A DNA stretch of 64,000 nt from Alphaproteobacteria bacterium (GTDB lineage Bacteria > Pseudomonadota > Alphaproteobacteria > GCA-2731375): positions 2,016,001 through 2,080,000 of the forward strand of contig CBDDPY010000002.1 in the NCBI GenBank assembly GCA_965232515.1, given 5' to 3'. The notes beneath the pieces were generated by a model, which was not told where the DNA came from, searched no databases, and was given only the letters and a program-made list of their open reading frames with translations. The position numbers and the translations under genes were made by a program. Shown here one piece after another: positions 9,192 through 19,190 of the stretch (its first letter is position 1; the number at the start of each line of letters is the position of its first letter).

Positions 9192-10310
9192 GTGTCAGAT
9201 CGTCCAGGCACTGAAATTTATCCAACCTGCTGGAGCGATGGTCAGAAAAGACTCGCATCGGCAATTCTTTCATTGTTGAGCAACAATCTCGGCGCATTTC
9301 CATTTCCGCTCAGCCGTACAGACAATTGGCCCGTTAGATCTCCGTTCTTGTACGGGTTCATGGCGAGCCTAGCCTACATCTGCGTATTTTGCGGTTTTCA
9401 ATACATTATTGGAAAACCCGACCCGGTCCTGCTGCTGTTGTCATTTTGGGGCGGATGTTATCTGGGCTTTGCCGTCGCGATCGCGCGCTTAACGTCGGAA
9501 TCGGTGCAGCGAACGATAACCCGATACGTCATTGCGAATTTGCACGACAGTACCGCCGATGCGATTGCTGACGAGTTCCAAGCACGTTTCAAAAACGGCC
9601 GGATAAATCTGATTTCGTTATGCATCTCGGCTGTCGTCGCATTCGCATCGGCAATTGCCCTGGCGCATGACCTTGGCTTTAAAGAAACCGCTCGTCGTTC
9701 TTTTACATCGCCCGAAATTGTCGAGTTGGTGATTTGGGCGGTGGGATTTTTCTTTCTTTATGTCCTTGCCGCGAGAGCGACAAATGTGGCTCGGTTTTAT
9801 GGTGTTTTTGCTGAACAGTTGAAATCGCAGCCGAATTCGATATTCGCACTCGACCCAGCACATTCAGTTTTGATTGCGGAGATTGCCTCGATCGGTCGGC
9901 GAATCTTGTTTTTTTGGTTTGGCATTGCACTCTCAATTGCGACTCTGATACCGCTCTTTCGTCACCTCACAAGTTTCATTTTGGTCGTCGTGCCAATTAC
10001 GATGTTCTTTTCGATTGCGTTCGGCACCATCGTGTTTCTAACGGCCGAGCATGCCATAAGACGTGTCGTAAGAGATAAGTCATCTTCGACCTTGGCAGAT
10101 TTGGAGGAAGAGATCAGCCGCCTGTTCGATCAACGCGAGATCCTTACCGCAGCCCAATGGGAAGAATTTGCGCTACTGAAACAGATGCACAAAGAACTCT
10201 CCTCCGCGGGTGGATACCGTGGTTACTTGCCCAGCATTCTCAGTCTGATACCGCCGTTGCTTGGACCGGCGGTTGCAGCCGTTGCGCTCTATGTCGAACC
10301 GTCCAGCTAG
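9192..10310 (+). CDS. Low-GC multi-pass membrane protein of unknown function (likely horizontally acquired)
   Basis: 372-aa ORF with about 7 hydrophobic segments; visibly AT-richer codons than the flanks; start uncertain. Confidence 0.7.
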   Translation: MSDRPGTEIYPTCWSDGQKRLASAILSLLSNNLGAFPFPLSRTDNWPVRSPFLYGFMASLAYICVFCGFQYIIGKPDPVLLLLSFWGGCYLGFAVAIARLTSESVQRTITRYVIANLHDSTADAIADEFQARFKNGRINLISLCISAVVAFASAIALAHDLGFKETARRSFTSPEIVELVIWAVGFFFLYVLAARATNVARFYGVFAEQLKSQPNSIFALDPAHSVLIAEIASIGRRILFFWFGIALSIATLIPLFRHLTSFILVVVPITMFFSIAFGTIVFLTAEHAIRRVVRDKSSSTLADLEEEISRLFDQREILTAAQWEEFALLKQMHKELSSAGGYRGYLPSILSLIPPLLGPAVAAVALYVEPSS

Positions 10311-10444
10311 GCAGGACGGCACCAGCGGCTTGACTTGATGTGCGACGCAAACACCGGCGACGGCGGCCGGCAATTGCGCCCCGCGTTCCGAGTGTTCCGT
10401 CGAACGAGCGCCGACAAACCCGCAATCTGCTGCTGCTGCAGCAC

Positions 10445-10975
10445 TTACAGCGACTTGGCGTTGTCGATCGCGGCGGTGATCATGGCCTTGGCTTCGTCGG
10501 CGTCGCCCCAGCGTTCGATCTTCACCCACTTGCCCGGTTCCAGGTCCTTATAGTGGCTGAAGAAGTGCTCGATCTGCTGAATGGTGATCTCCGGCAGGTC
10601 GCGATAGCTGGCGATTTTCTCGTAGCGCCGCGTCAGGTGCGTCGACGGCACCGCCACCACCTTTTCGTCGGCGCCGGCTTCGTCCGACATGATCAGCACG
10701 CCGATCGGCCGGCAGTTGATCACGCAGCCCGGCAGCAGCGCCCGCGTCGTCGCGCACAGCACGTCGACCGGGTCGCCGTCGTCCGACAGCGTGTGCGGCA
10801 CGAAGCCGTAATTGCCGGGATAGCGCATGGGCGTATAGAGGAAACGGTCGACCACCATGGCGCCGGCCGCCTTGTCCATCTCGTACTTGATCGGCTCGCC
10901 GCCGATCGGCACCTCGATGACGACATTCACGTCGTCCGGCGGATGACGACCGATCTTCACGGCATCGAGAATCAT
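10445..10975 (-). CDS. ppa: Inorganic pyrophosphatase (family I)
   Basis: [65 protein letters not shown]. Confidence 0.97.
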   Translation of the reverse strand: MILDAVKIGRHPPDDVNVVIEVPIGGEPIKYEMDKAAGAMVVDRFLYTPMRYPGNYGFVPHTLSDDGDPVDVLCATTRALLPGCVINCRPIGVLIMSDEAGADEKVVAVPSTHLTRRYEKIASYRDLPEITIQQIEHFFSHYKDLEPGKWVKIERWGDADEAKAMITAAIDNAKSL

Positions 10976-11023
10976 GATTTGCCTCCGTTGTCGGCGCCAT
11001 GTGATGTCGGCCAAGAGGCCGAC

Positions 11024-11108
11024 GCTTGACCCATCCCGCTCCCCCACCCGACCACCCACGGAAGTATGCTCAATGGGTGGTCGGGTGGGGGAGCGGGATG
11101 GGTCAAGC
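11024..11108. repeat. Long hairpin element, copy 2 (family B; perfect 35-bp stem)
   Basis: 11024-11058 is the exact reverse complement of 11074-11108; 15-nt loop containing AGTAT. Confidence 0.9.
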
Positions 11109-11124
11109 TCATCGCATATTGGCG

Positions 11125-11736
11125 CTACCCGACGGCAGCGGCCGCGTCGCGGGCCAGCGCGCGCTGGTACGCCGGCCGTTCGAGACAGCGCGCCAAATAC
11201 GCCTCCAGCACGTCGCTCTCCGGCAGCGCGTTTACGAATTTCATGAAGTTCAGCGACGAGCCGACCAGCACGTCGGCGGCCGAGAACGGCTCGCCCAGCA
11301 GCCAGGGCCCCTGGGCCAGGCCGGCCTTCAGCACGTCCATCACGGCGTCGTAGTCGCCCCAGCCGTTCTGAATCCGGTTGGTCTCCCAGCCGCCGAACTT
11401 CTCCACCAGCGCCGGCTCCAGCATGCCCGGCGTGAACACCATCCAATAGAGGTAGCGGGCGCGCAGGGGATCGCCGATCGGCGGCGCCAGGCCGGCCTCG
11501 GGAAAGCGGTCGGCGAGATAGAGGCTGATCGCGGCCGAGTCGCAGAGATTGACGTCGCCGTCGCTCAACGCCGGCACCTTGCCCATCGGACTGGCGATGC
11601 GGAACATCGGATGGGCCTTGGACTTCTCGTCCCGGAAGTCGATCTCGACGACCTCGAAGTCGGCGCCGATCTCTTCCAGCAGCCACAACGCGCGCCCGGC
11701 CCGCGAGCTCGCGCTCCAATAAAGTTTTATCGACAT
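11125..11736 (-). CDS. Glutathione S-transferase family protein
   Basis: [47 protein letters not shown]. Confidence 0.92.
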   Translation of the reverse strand: MSIKLYWSASSRAGRALWLLEEIGADFEVVEIDFRDEKSKAHPMFRIASPMGKVPALSDGDVNLCDSAAISLYLADRFPEAGLAPPIGDPLRARYLYWMVFTPGMLEPALVEKFGGWETNRIQNGWGDYDAVMDVLKAGLAQGPWLLGEPFSAADVLVGSSLNFMKFVNALPESDVLEAYLARCLERPAYQRALARDAAAAVG

Positions 11737-11812
11737 GTCGCCTCCAGGTGTTGCGCGTGCAACCTATCAGCCCCAGCCTTGCGTCTCCACTGTCCGCGAA
11801 ATGACAAACGCC

Positions 11813-12601
11813 TCAGCCGGCGCGCGCCGCGTCCAGCCGGCTGAAATAAGCGCTCGGCGGCACGCCCAGCGATTTCCGGAACATGGTCGTGAAGCTGCTG
11901 GGCGTGCGGTAGCCCAGATCGATGGCGACCGTCGTCACGGGATCGCCCGCGGCCAGCCGTTCCAGCGCCTTGATCAGGCGAAGCTGCTGACGCCAGGCGC
12001 CGAACGACATGCCGGTATCGGCGATGAACCGGCGCGACAGCGTGCGTTCGCTGGTGTTGACGGCTTGGGCCCAGCCGCGCAACGGCCGGTTCGCGGCCGG
12101 GTCCGCGCGCAGCCCGTCCATCACACGGCGCACGCGGCTGTCGCGGCCTTCCGGCAGTTGCAACGGGCTCGACGGCACCGCCACAAGCTGATCCAGCAGC
12201 ACCCGCATCAACCGCGCTTCCGGTCCGTCCGGCGGATAGTCCCAGGGCAGGCGCACCGCCGCGTCGATCAGCTCTCGGGCCAGCGGTCCGATCTGCACGA
12301 TGGTCGGGCGTGACGGCAGCGCGGCGCAAAATTCCGGCGCCACGAAGATGCCGCGAAAGGCGACCTCGCGCGGGTACCGCGCCGCGTGCGACGTTTCCGG
12401 CGGCACCCAGACCGCGCCCTGCGACGGCGCGACGAACAACGCCGTCTCCGTCAGCACGGACACGCAGCCGCGCTGCGTATGGATCAGCTGCCCGCGCCGA
12501 TGACTGTGCCAACCCAGACTGCGCGGCCCCGGATCGTCCCAGTACTGGCCGACGACAGGCGTCGCGGCACGATCCGCCGGGTGATCTGCCAGGTCCAACA
12601 T
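11813..12601 (-). CDS. AraC family regulator with cupin domain (NimR-like)
   Basis: WHSHRRGQL, AVWVPP...H, SERTLSRRF...TGMSFGAWRQQLRL, LGY.TPSSFTTMFRKSLG. Confidence 0.9.
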   Translation of the reverse strand: MLDLADHPADRAATPVVGQYWDDPGPRSLGWHSHRRGQLIHTQRGCVSVLTETALFVAPSQGAVWVPPETSHAARYPREVAFRGIFVAPEFCAALPSRPTIVQIGPLARELIDAAVRLPWDYPPDGPEARLMRVLLDQLVAVPSSPLQLPEGRDSRVRRVMDGLRADPAANRPLRGWAQAVNTSERTLSRRFIADTGMSFGAWRQQLRLIKALERLAAGDPVTTVAIDLGYRTPSSFTTMFRKSLGVPPSAYFSRLDAARAG

Positions 12602-12733
12602 GGCCGACCGTCGCAAAACATTGACCGAAATTCGAAAGGCAGATGGGAACTGCCTGCCCAATTACAAGCGCAACGCGCGTTGCGAAGGCGCCTCCGCGGC
12701 GCGCCGACGCGGTCGATGGGAGGGGTTTGGGAC

Positions 12734-13117
12734 ATGGCATCGCTCACGGCGCTGCGCGCGGTCGTCGTATCGATCACGGCGGCAGTTGCCATGCCTGCCG
12801 CCGCGCAATCCGGCGATGCGGCCGCCGGCGAGCGCGCGTTCCGGCAGTGTGCCGCCTGCCATTCCGTTGACCCGGGCCAGAACCGCGCCGGCCCGCATTT
12901 GCATGGGATCGTCGGCCGGCAGGCCGGTGCGGTCGAGCGCTTCCGCTATTCGCGCGCCATGCGCGAGGCCGACATCGTCTGGGACGACGCCGCGCTGGCG
13001 GCTTATCTGACCGACCCGCGCGGCTACCTGCCCGGCACCTCGAAGACCTTCCGGCTGCGCCGCGCGGAGCAGGTGCCGGACCTTCTCGCTTACCTGAACA
13101 CATTGCGCGACGAATGA
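12734..13117 (+). CDS. Class I cytochrome c (c2-like)
   Basis: Signal peptide, [33 protein letters not shown]. Confidence 0.9.
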   Translation: MASLTALRAVVVSITAAVAMPAAAQSGDAAAGERAFRQCAACHSVDPGQNRAGPHLHGIVGRQAGAVERFRYSRAMREADIVWDDAALAAYLTDPRGYLPGTSKTFRLRRAEQVPDLLAYLNTLRDE

Positions 13118-13142
13118 GGCGCGCGAGCGGCAGGAGACCGTC

Positions 13143-13595
13143 ATGACCGATCTCATCGTCAACGGCATGCCCGCGTCCACGGACGCCGACCCCGACACGG
13201 CCCTGCTCTGGGTGCTGCGCGAGCATCTCGGCCTGACCGGCACTAAATACGGCTGCGGCGCCGGCATGTGCGGCGCCTGCACGGTGCATGTCGACGGCGA
13301 GCCGACCTATGCCTGTCTCACCGCGGTCGGCGACGTGGCCGGCCGCGAGGTCATCACGATCGAGGGCCTGACGGCCGGCGGCGGCCATCCGCTCGAGCGC
13401 GCCTGGATCGCCGGCCAGGTGCCGCAATGCGGCTACTGCCAGTCCGGACAGATCATGCGGGCGGCGGCGCTGCTAGCCGAAAACCCGTCGCCCAGCCGGG
13501 ACGAGATCCGCGACTATATGAGCGCGAACCTGTGTCGCTGCGGCACCTACAACCGCATCGTGCGCGCGGTCGTGCGCGCCGCTCGGGAGGTTTGA
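13143..13595 (+). CDS. [2Fe-2S] subunit of a xanthine-dehydrogenase-family enzyme (IorA-like)
   Basis: [35 protein letters not shown]. Confidence 0.93.
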   Translation: MTDLIVNGMPASTDADPDTALLWVLREHLGLTGTKYGCGAGMCGACTVHVDGEPTYACLTAVGDVAGREVITIEGLTAGGGHPLERAWIAGQVPQCGYCQSGQIMRAAALLAENPSPSRDEIRDYMSANLCRCGTYNRIVRAVVRAAREV

Positions 13596-13596
13596 G

Positions 13597-15798
13597 ATGC
13601 GACGGAACCGCGCGTCTGCGGCACCCTCCCGCCGCCAGTTCCTGGCCGGCGCCGGCGCGCTGACCTTCCTGATTGGCAGCGACGGCTTGATCGGCGTCGC
13701 CCGGTCGGCGAAGGACGACCCGGTCTTGCGGCCCAACGCCTGGCTCCGCATCGCCGCCGACAACACCATCACCATCGTCTTTCCCTCGACCGAGATGGGT
13801 CAGGGCAGTTCGACGGCGCTGCCGCTGATCCTGGCCGAGGAGCTTCACGCCGACTGGAGCCGGGTTCGCATCGAGCAACTCCACCGCGACGACCGCACCT
13901 TCGGCAATCCGATGTTCGGCGGCGCGCTCTATACCGCCGGCAGCACGGGCGTGTATGGCTATTTCGGCACGCTGCGCAAGTCAGGCGCCCAGGCCCGCCA
14001 GATGCTGAAGCAGCTCGCGGCGACCCACTGGTCCGTCGACATCCGCAGCGTCACCGCCGTGAAGAGCAGCGTCGTTCACCCGGTCTCGCGCCGCCGCCTC
14101 AGCTTCGGTCAGATCGCCGGCCTGCCGCTCGACCCGCCGGCCATTCCTGAGATCACAACGCGCGATCTGACGCCGCGCCACGCCTATCGCTTTATCGGCC
14201 GCGACGTGCGCCGCCGCGACGTGCCGGCGAAAAGCGACGGCAGCGAACGCTACGCCATCGACGTCCGGGTCCCGGGCATGGTCTACGCGGCGGTGCGGCG
14301 GGCGCCGGTCGAGGGCGAAACGCCGCTCGATATCGACGACGCCGAGGCACGCGCCCTGCCGGGCGTGTTGCGCACTGTCGTGCTGCCGGACGGCGTCGCC
14401 GTCGTCGCCGAACGGCTGGAGACAGCGCTTGCCGGCCGCGACCGTTTGACCATCGACTGGAGCGCGGGCGCGCCGGCCCGCGCCTTCGACAGCGACACGG
14501 ACCTCACGTCCTATGGCGAGGCCGCCGCCGACCTCGACCGCGCCGGCACGACCTGGCGCGCCGAGGGCGACGCCGGAACCGCGCTCGCCGACGCCGACCG
14601 CGTGCTCACGGCCGACTATCTCTCCGACTATGCCTACCACGCCCAGATGGAGCCGATGGCCGCCGTCGCGTCGGTCGACGCCGACGGCCGCGGCGCCGAG
14701 GTCTGGGCCGGCACGCAGACCCAGACCTGGACCATGCGGACCGTCACCGACGTGCTCGACACCACGCCCGACCGCGTCCGCCTGCACATGATGACCATGG
14801 GCGGCAGCTTCGGGCGGCGCACGGCATTGACCCAGGAATACGTGCGCGACGCGCTGCTGACGTCGAAGGCCGTCGGCCGGCCGGTCAAGGTGGTGTGGAC
14901 GCGCGAGGACGATGCGCGTCACGGCTGGTTTCGCCCCGCCGCGGCCCAGCACCTGCGCGCAGGCCTGACGACGGACGGCCGGCTCACGGGCTGGCATCAC
15001 CGCGTGGCGACGCCGTCGGTCATCGCCTATTTCAATCCGCTGCGCTGGGAGCAGGTCGACCCCAGCGACATCATTTCCATGCGCGGCGCCGAGAATAAGT
15101 TCTACGCCATCGATCATCTGCTGGCCGAGCACGTCATCACCGAACGCCATGCCCGGCTGGCGCCCTGGCGCGCCATCGGCGCCAGCTACACCAGCTTCGC
15201 GGCCGAAGCGTTCTTGGATGAGCTGGCGACCGCCGCCGGCCAGGATCCGATCGCCTTCCGCCGCAACCTGCTCAGGGAAAATCCGCGCGGCCACCGGTTG
15301 CTGGACAAGGTCGCTCGGATGGCCGGATGGCCCGGCCCCGGCAACGGGACCGCCCTGGGCGTCGCCTTCGCCGGCTACGGCGATTCCATGGCCGCCGGCA
15401 TCGCCGAGGTCGCGCTTGACCGCGACAGCGGCCGCATCTCGGTGCCGCGGTTCTGGGCCGCGGTCGACGCCGGCCTGATCGTCTCGCCCGACAATACCGA
15501 CGCCCAGGTCGAGGGCGGCATCGTCTATGGCCTCAGCAGCGCGCTGACCGAGCGCATCACCATCGCCGCCGGCGAGGTCGAGCAGAGCAACTTCTACGAC
15601 TACGAGATCATGCGCGCCAACGACGTGCCGGAGATCGAGATCCATATCGAGGTGAGCGACGGGCCGCCGACCGGCGTCGGCGAACTCGGCACGCCGATGA
15701 CGGCGGCGGCCGTCGCCAACGCCTTCCACGCGCTCACCGGCCGCCGCCTGCGCCACATGCCGTTCACGCCCGATCGCGTGTTAGCGGCGCTCGGCTAA
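13597..15798 (+). CDS. Molybdopterin-binding subunit, IorB-like, Tat-exported
   Basis: SRRQFL Tat motif; TEMGQG, AEEL, HAQMEP, GGSFGRR, WTREDD, WRAIG, QVEGG, GVGELG. Confidence 0.92.
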   Translation: MRRNRASAAPSRRQFLAGAGALTFLIGSDGLIGVARSAKDDPVLRPNAWLRIAADNTITIVFPSTEMGQGSSTALPLILAEELHADWSRVRIEQLHRDDRTFGNPMFGGALYTAGSTGVYGYFGTLRKSGAQARQMLKQLAATHWSVDIRSVTAVKSSVVHPVSRRRLSFGQIAGLPLDPPAIPEITTRDLTPRHAYRFIGRDVRRRDVPAKSDGSERYAIDVRVPGMVYAAVRRAPVEGETPLDIDDAEARALPGVLRTVVLPDGVAVVAERLETALAGRDRLTIDWSAGAPARAFDSDTDLTSYGEAAADLDRAGTTWRAEGDAGTALADADRVLTADYLSDYAYHAQMEPMAAVASVDADGRGAEVWAGTQTQTWTMRTVTDVLDTTPDRVRLHMMTMGGSFGRRTALTQEYVRDALLTSKAVGRPVKVVWTREDDARHGWFRPAAAQHLRAGLTTDGRLTGWHHRVATPSVIAYFNPLRWEQVDPSDIISMRGAENKFYAIDHLLAEHVITERHARLAPWRAIGASYTSFAAEAFLDELATAAGQDPIAFRRNLLRENPRGHRLLDKVARMAGWPGPGNGTALGVAFAGYGDSMAAGIAEVALDRDSGRISVPRFWAAVDAGLIVSPDNTDAQVEGGIVYGLSSALTERITIAAGEVEQSNFYDYEIMRANDVPEIEIHIEVSDGPPTGVGELGTPMTAAAVANAFHALTGRRLRHMPFTPDRVLAALG

Positions 15799-17705
15799 CC
15801 GCCCTCCCGCTGCGGGCGCCAGCGTCGCGCGCGGGCCTCGCCGTCGGCGATCTGGTCCTGACCCAGGCCGCGCGCCAGCAGGCGCAGATTCTGCGCCGCG
15901 ATGTCCAGCTTCGCCGCTGCGGCCAGCCGCCACCACTTGTAGGCTTCGATCGGGTCGGCCTCGACGGCGATGCCCTGGCGGTAGAAATCGCCGAGATTGA
16001 ACTGCGCCTGCGGCTGGCCCTGGTTCGCGGCGCGCAGATACCAGGCGAATGCCTGCTTCAGGTCGCGCTCGACCCCGCGACCCTGATCGTAGAGCGTCGC
16101 CAGCATCATCTGCGCCCGGCGGTCGCCCGACTCCGCGGCCCGGACGTACCACGTCGCCGCCGCTGCCGGATCGGCGGCCACGCCCTGGCCCCGGTTCAAC
16201 ATGTTGGCAAGGTTGACTTGGGCGCCGACGTTCCCGGCTTCCGCCGCGCGTCGAAACCAATGCACCGCCGCCGACAGATCGCGTGCCACGCCCTCTCCCT
16301 CGACATAGGCGCGGGCGAGAAAGAACTGTGCGCCGTCGGAACCGAGGCCTGCCGCTTCGCGGAACAGTGCAGCCGCGCGCGTCAGATCCCGCGCGACGCC
16401 ACGGCCGTCGCGATAGAGCCGGCCGAGATTGTAGTGCGCCAGCGCATGTTTCGGATCGGCCGCTATGGCCCGCTCATAGAGTTCGGCGGCGTGCGCCGCA
16501 TCCTGCGGCACGCCCCGGCCGCCCTGATAGAGCGCGGCGAGATTGTTGAGCCCGTTGGCGTCGCCGGCCTCGGCCGCTTCGGCGAACAGTCCCGCCGCCT
16601 TGGGCAGGTTGCGCGCGACGCCCTCGCCCATGCGGTAAAGCATGCCGAGATTGTTCTTGGCCGGCGCGAAGCCGCCGTCGGCCGACGCCTCGTAGAGACG
16701 CACCGCCGCCGCGAGGTCACGCGGGCCGCCCTCGCCCGTCGCCAGCAGCACCGCCAGATTGTACTGGCCGCGCGGATCGTCCTGGTCGGCCGCGGCCCGG
16801 TACCAGCGCCGCGCTGCCGCCGGATCGCGCGCGACCCCGACGCCATGCTCCAGCGCCGCGCCATAGTTGATCTGCGCATGGTTCAGTCCGGCCCGCGCCG
16901 CCTCGCCGAACAGGCGCGCCGCGCGTTCGGAATCGCGGTCGACGCCGTCGCCGCGCTGCAGCAGCAGCGCGAAGTCGTTCATGGCGTCGGGCAGACCGCG
17001 TGTCGCCGCCGCCGCGAAATAGCGCGCCGCCGCCGCAACATCGGTCTCGCCGGCGAGCCCCTTCTGCTTGATCCGGCCCAACGACCACAACGCCCAGGGA
17101 TGGCCCTGCTCGGCCGCCGACAGGAACAGTTCCTGCGCCGCGACCGGATCGGCGTCGACGCCGGTGCCGTCGAGATAGAGCGCGCCCAACCGATATTGGG
17201 CGTTGGCGTGCCCGGCGTCTGCGGCCTCGCGGTAGAGCCGCAGCGCGCGGTCCATGTCCCGCGGAACGCCGAGTCCGCGCACGTAGAACGCTGCCAGGTT
17301 GGCCTTGGCCGGCAGGTAATCCTGCGCCGCCGCGGCCTCGAACTGGGTGATCGCGGCGGCGTCATCGCGCGGACCGCCCTGGGCCAGCAGGTGCATCACG
17401 CCCAGGCTGTCCTGCGCCGGCGCGTAACCCTGCGCCGCCGCCTCGCCGAACCAGGACCGCGCCGCCGCGTAATCGTGATCGACGCCGCGGCCGGTCTGGT
17501 AGATCAGGCCGAGCAGATATTGCGCCCGCGGTTCGCCGGCCCGCGCCCGCGGCCGCAGACGCTCGACGGTCTCGTCGCGGGCGTCATCGGGAAAGACATG
17601 CGGTTCGGCCGGCTCCGGCAGCGCCGCCTGCGCCGCCGGCCACGGCGCCGCCATCGCCGCCAGCAGTGCCAGGGCGGCGACGGGCGCTGGCGCTTTGAGC
17701 CTCAA
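15795..17705 (-). CDS. Exported SEL1-repeat protein
   Basis: Signal peptide followed by about 15 repeats of AQxxLGxxYxxGxGVxxDxxxA. Confidence 0.92.
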   Translation of the reverse strand: MRLKAPAPVAALALLAAMAAPWPAAQAALPEPAEPHVFPDDARDETVERLRPRARAGEPRAQYLLGLIYQTGRGVDHDYAAARSWFGEAAAQGYAPAQDSLGVMHLLAQGGPRDDAAAITQFEAAAAQDYLPAKANLAAFYVRGLGVPRDMDRALRLYREAADAGHANAQYRLGALYLDGTGVDADPVAAQELFLSAAEQGHPWALWSLGRIKQKGLAGETDVAAAARYFAAAATRGLPDAMNDFALLLQRGDGVDRDSERAARLFGEAARAGLNHAQINYGAALEHGVGVARDPAAARRWYRAAADQDDPRGQYNLAVLLATGEGGPRDLAAAVRLYEASADGGFAPAKNNLGMLYRMGEGVARNLPKAAGLFAEAAEAGDANGLNNLAALYQGGRGVPQDAAHAAELYERAIAADPKHALAHYNLGRLYRDGRGVARDLTRAAALFREAAGLGSDGAQFFLARAYVEGEGVARDLSAAVHWFRRAAEAGNVGAQVNLANMLNRGQGVAADPAAAATWYVRAAESGDRRAQMMLATLYDQGRGVERDLKQAFAWYLRAANQGQPQAQFNLGDFYRQGIAVEADPIEAYKWWRLAAAAKLDIAAQNLRLLARGLGQDQIADGEARARRWRPQREGG

Positions 17706-17968
17706 CCGCCGCGAGCCGCGTTCAGCACGTCCCGTCCGGCGTCCGTCAGCCGGCAGACCAGCCAGTCCGGCTTCATGCGATTGATGAACCAGGGTTCTGC
17801 CCAGCCGGCCTTGATGCAGGAACGGATCGTGCGGGCATCGATCTCGCGACCGTCCGTATCGAACAGCGGCAGCTTGCCGCCGGCCTGATCGAGACCCCGC
17901 TCAAGATATCGACGCTGCGCCTCCGACGGCGTGGTTCTTGTCTTCTGTGTTTGTGTCGTGACCGCCAT
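17702..17968 (-). CDS. Small hypothetical protein (winged-helix-like)
   Basis: QRRYLERGLDQAGGKLPLFD..G...TIRSCI..GWAEPWF...WLVCRLT..G; overlaps the SEL1 start by 4 nt. Confidence 0.75.
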   Translation of the reverse strand: MAVTTQTQKTRTTPSEAQRRYLERGLDQAGGKLPLFDTDGREIDARTIRSCIKAGWAEPWFINRMKPDWLVCRLTDAGRDVLNAARGG

Positions 17969-18034
17969 AGGAAAAAGGCTAGCCCATCCCCGCCGCCCGG
18001 GCGAGTCACGATAGGGTTAAGAAGGATGGGGGGC

Positions 18035-18493
18035 CTAGGCGTAAACCAGGCTGATCACCTCGCCGACCAGGACCGGGCGGTCCTCGCCCTCGCGCTCGAC
18101 CTGCATCTCGGAGATCAGCCGTACGCCATTGCCGTCGACGTCGTCGCAGGCTTTCAGCGTCTGGCGCAGGCGGATGCGGGCGCCGGCCGGCACCATGCCG
18201 GTGAAACGCACCTTGTTAGAGCCGTAGTTGATGCCGCGGCTGCGGTTTTTGATCTCGAGGATGTCCTTGGCCATGCGCGGCACCAGCGACAGCGTCAGAT
18301 AACCGTGCGCGATGGTCGCGCCATTCGGCATCTCGCGCGCGGCACGCTCGACATCGACATGGATCCACTGATGATCGCCGGTGGCGTCGGCGAACTTGTC
18401 GATCATCGTCTGATCCACCGTCAGCCAGTCGCTGACGCCCAGCTCCCGGCCGACATGGGCCTTCATCTCCTGCGGCGTATCCACACTCAGCAC
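18035..18493 (-). CDS. MaoC/NodN-like dehydratase
   Basis: VSDWLTVDQ..IDKFADATGDHQWIHVD, TIAHGYLTLSL, INYGSNKVRF; GTG start inferred. Confidence 0.9.
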   Translation of the reverse strand: MLSVDTPQEMKAHVGRELGVSDWLTVDQTMIDKFADATGDHQWIHVDVERAAREMPNGATIAHGYLTLSLVPRMAKDILEIKNRSRGINYGSNKVRFTGMVPAGARIRLRQTLKACDDVDGNGVRLISEMQVEREGEDRPVLVGEVISLVYA

Positions 18494-18700
18494 CACATCC
18501 CTCCCCTGACTCGGATCCGACGCGGCACGGTCGCATAGCCGGTTTCTGGCTGCAAGCGAAGCCGATTTATCCAGCATTTTAAGTGATTTAGACGAAAAAC
18601 AGCCGGCCCCACATCAACCATTTTGAAATCCGCCTCGGCGATAATCGTGCAGCTCGACAATTCCGGGGGTCCTGTGGCGACACGGGGGAGGGCCTTCAAA

Positions 18701-19063
18701 GTGCATAACAGACAGCAACTCCTGGCCAGCACCGGTCTGGTCACGGACCGGCGTCGTCACAAGCGGCGCAAGGTCCTGTGGACCGCACGCCTGCGGGTGG
18801 CGGCGGAACGGATCGAATGCCAGGTACGCAACATCTCGCTCGGCGGCGCCAAGGTGCAGGCGCCGCTTGAACTCGCCATCGGTACGCCTGTACATCTGGA
18901 ATCCGACCACCATCCGCCGCTGTTCGGCCGCATCGCCTGGCGAAATGGCGACATGTTCGGCATTGCCTTCGATCGTCAGGCGGAAACCATCACGGAATTG
19001 CTCGGCCTGCGGGTGGTCAGCAACCTGCATCTCGACGACGATAAATCGGATATGACTGATTAA
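18701..19063 (+). CDS. PilZ domain protein
   Basis: RRRHKR (RxxxR) and NISLGG (D/NxSxxG), GRIAW, GIAF; start uncertain. Confidence 0.85.
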   Translation: MHNRQQLLASTGLVTDRRRHKRRKVLWTARLRVAAERIECQVRNISLGGAKVQAPLELAIGTPVHLESDHHPPLFGRIAWRNGDMFGIAFDRQAETITELLGLRVVSNLHLDDDKSDMTD

Positions 19064-19190
19064 TCATCGACTTCCGACCGCCGACATGGAAAGCCGCTAT
19101 TAACAAAGTCGAAACGATACGCCTGTAATTCTATCTCCGGTTAGGCCATCATGCCTACTGCCGCGTGACAACAAACGAGAAAATCCTGTT

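Noticed and set aside
10976-11719. Apparent 424-aa N-terminally extended ppa
   Set aside because: The extension is an alternate frame of the GST gene read through the hairpin; ppa has its own GGAGG RBS before 10975
15795-17705. Periodic repeats that might suggest an array
   Set aside because: Degenerate, about 36-aa SEL1 protein repeats, not CRISPR or DNA-level repeats
13981-17888. Long antisense ORFs (591 aa, 556 aa) and similar ones across the window
   Set aside because: Typical high-GC shadow ORFs opposite well-supported genes, with no motifs
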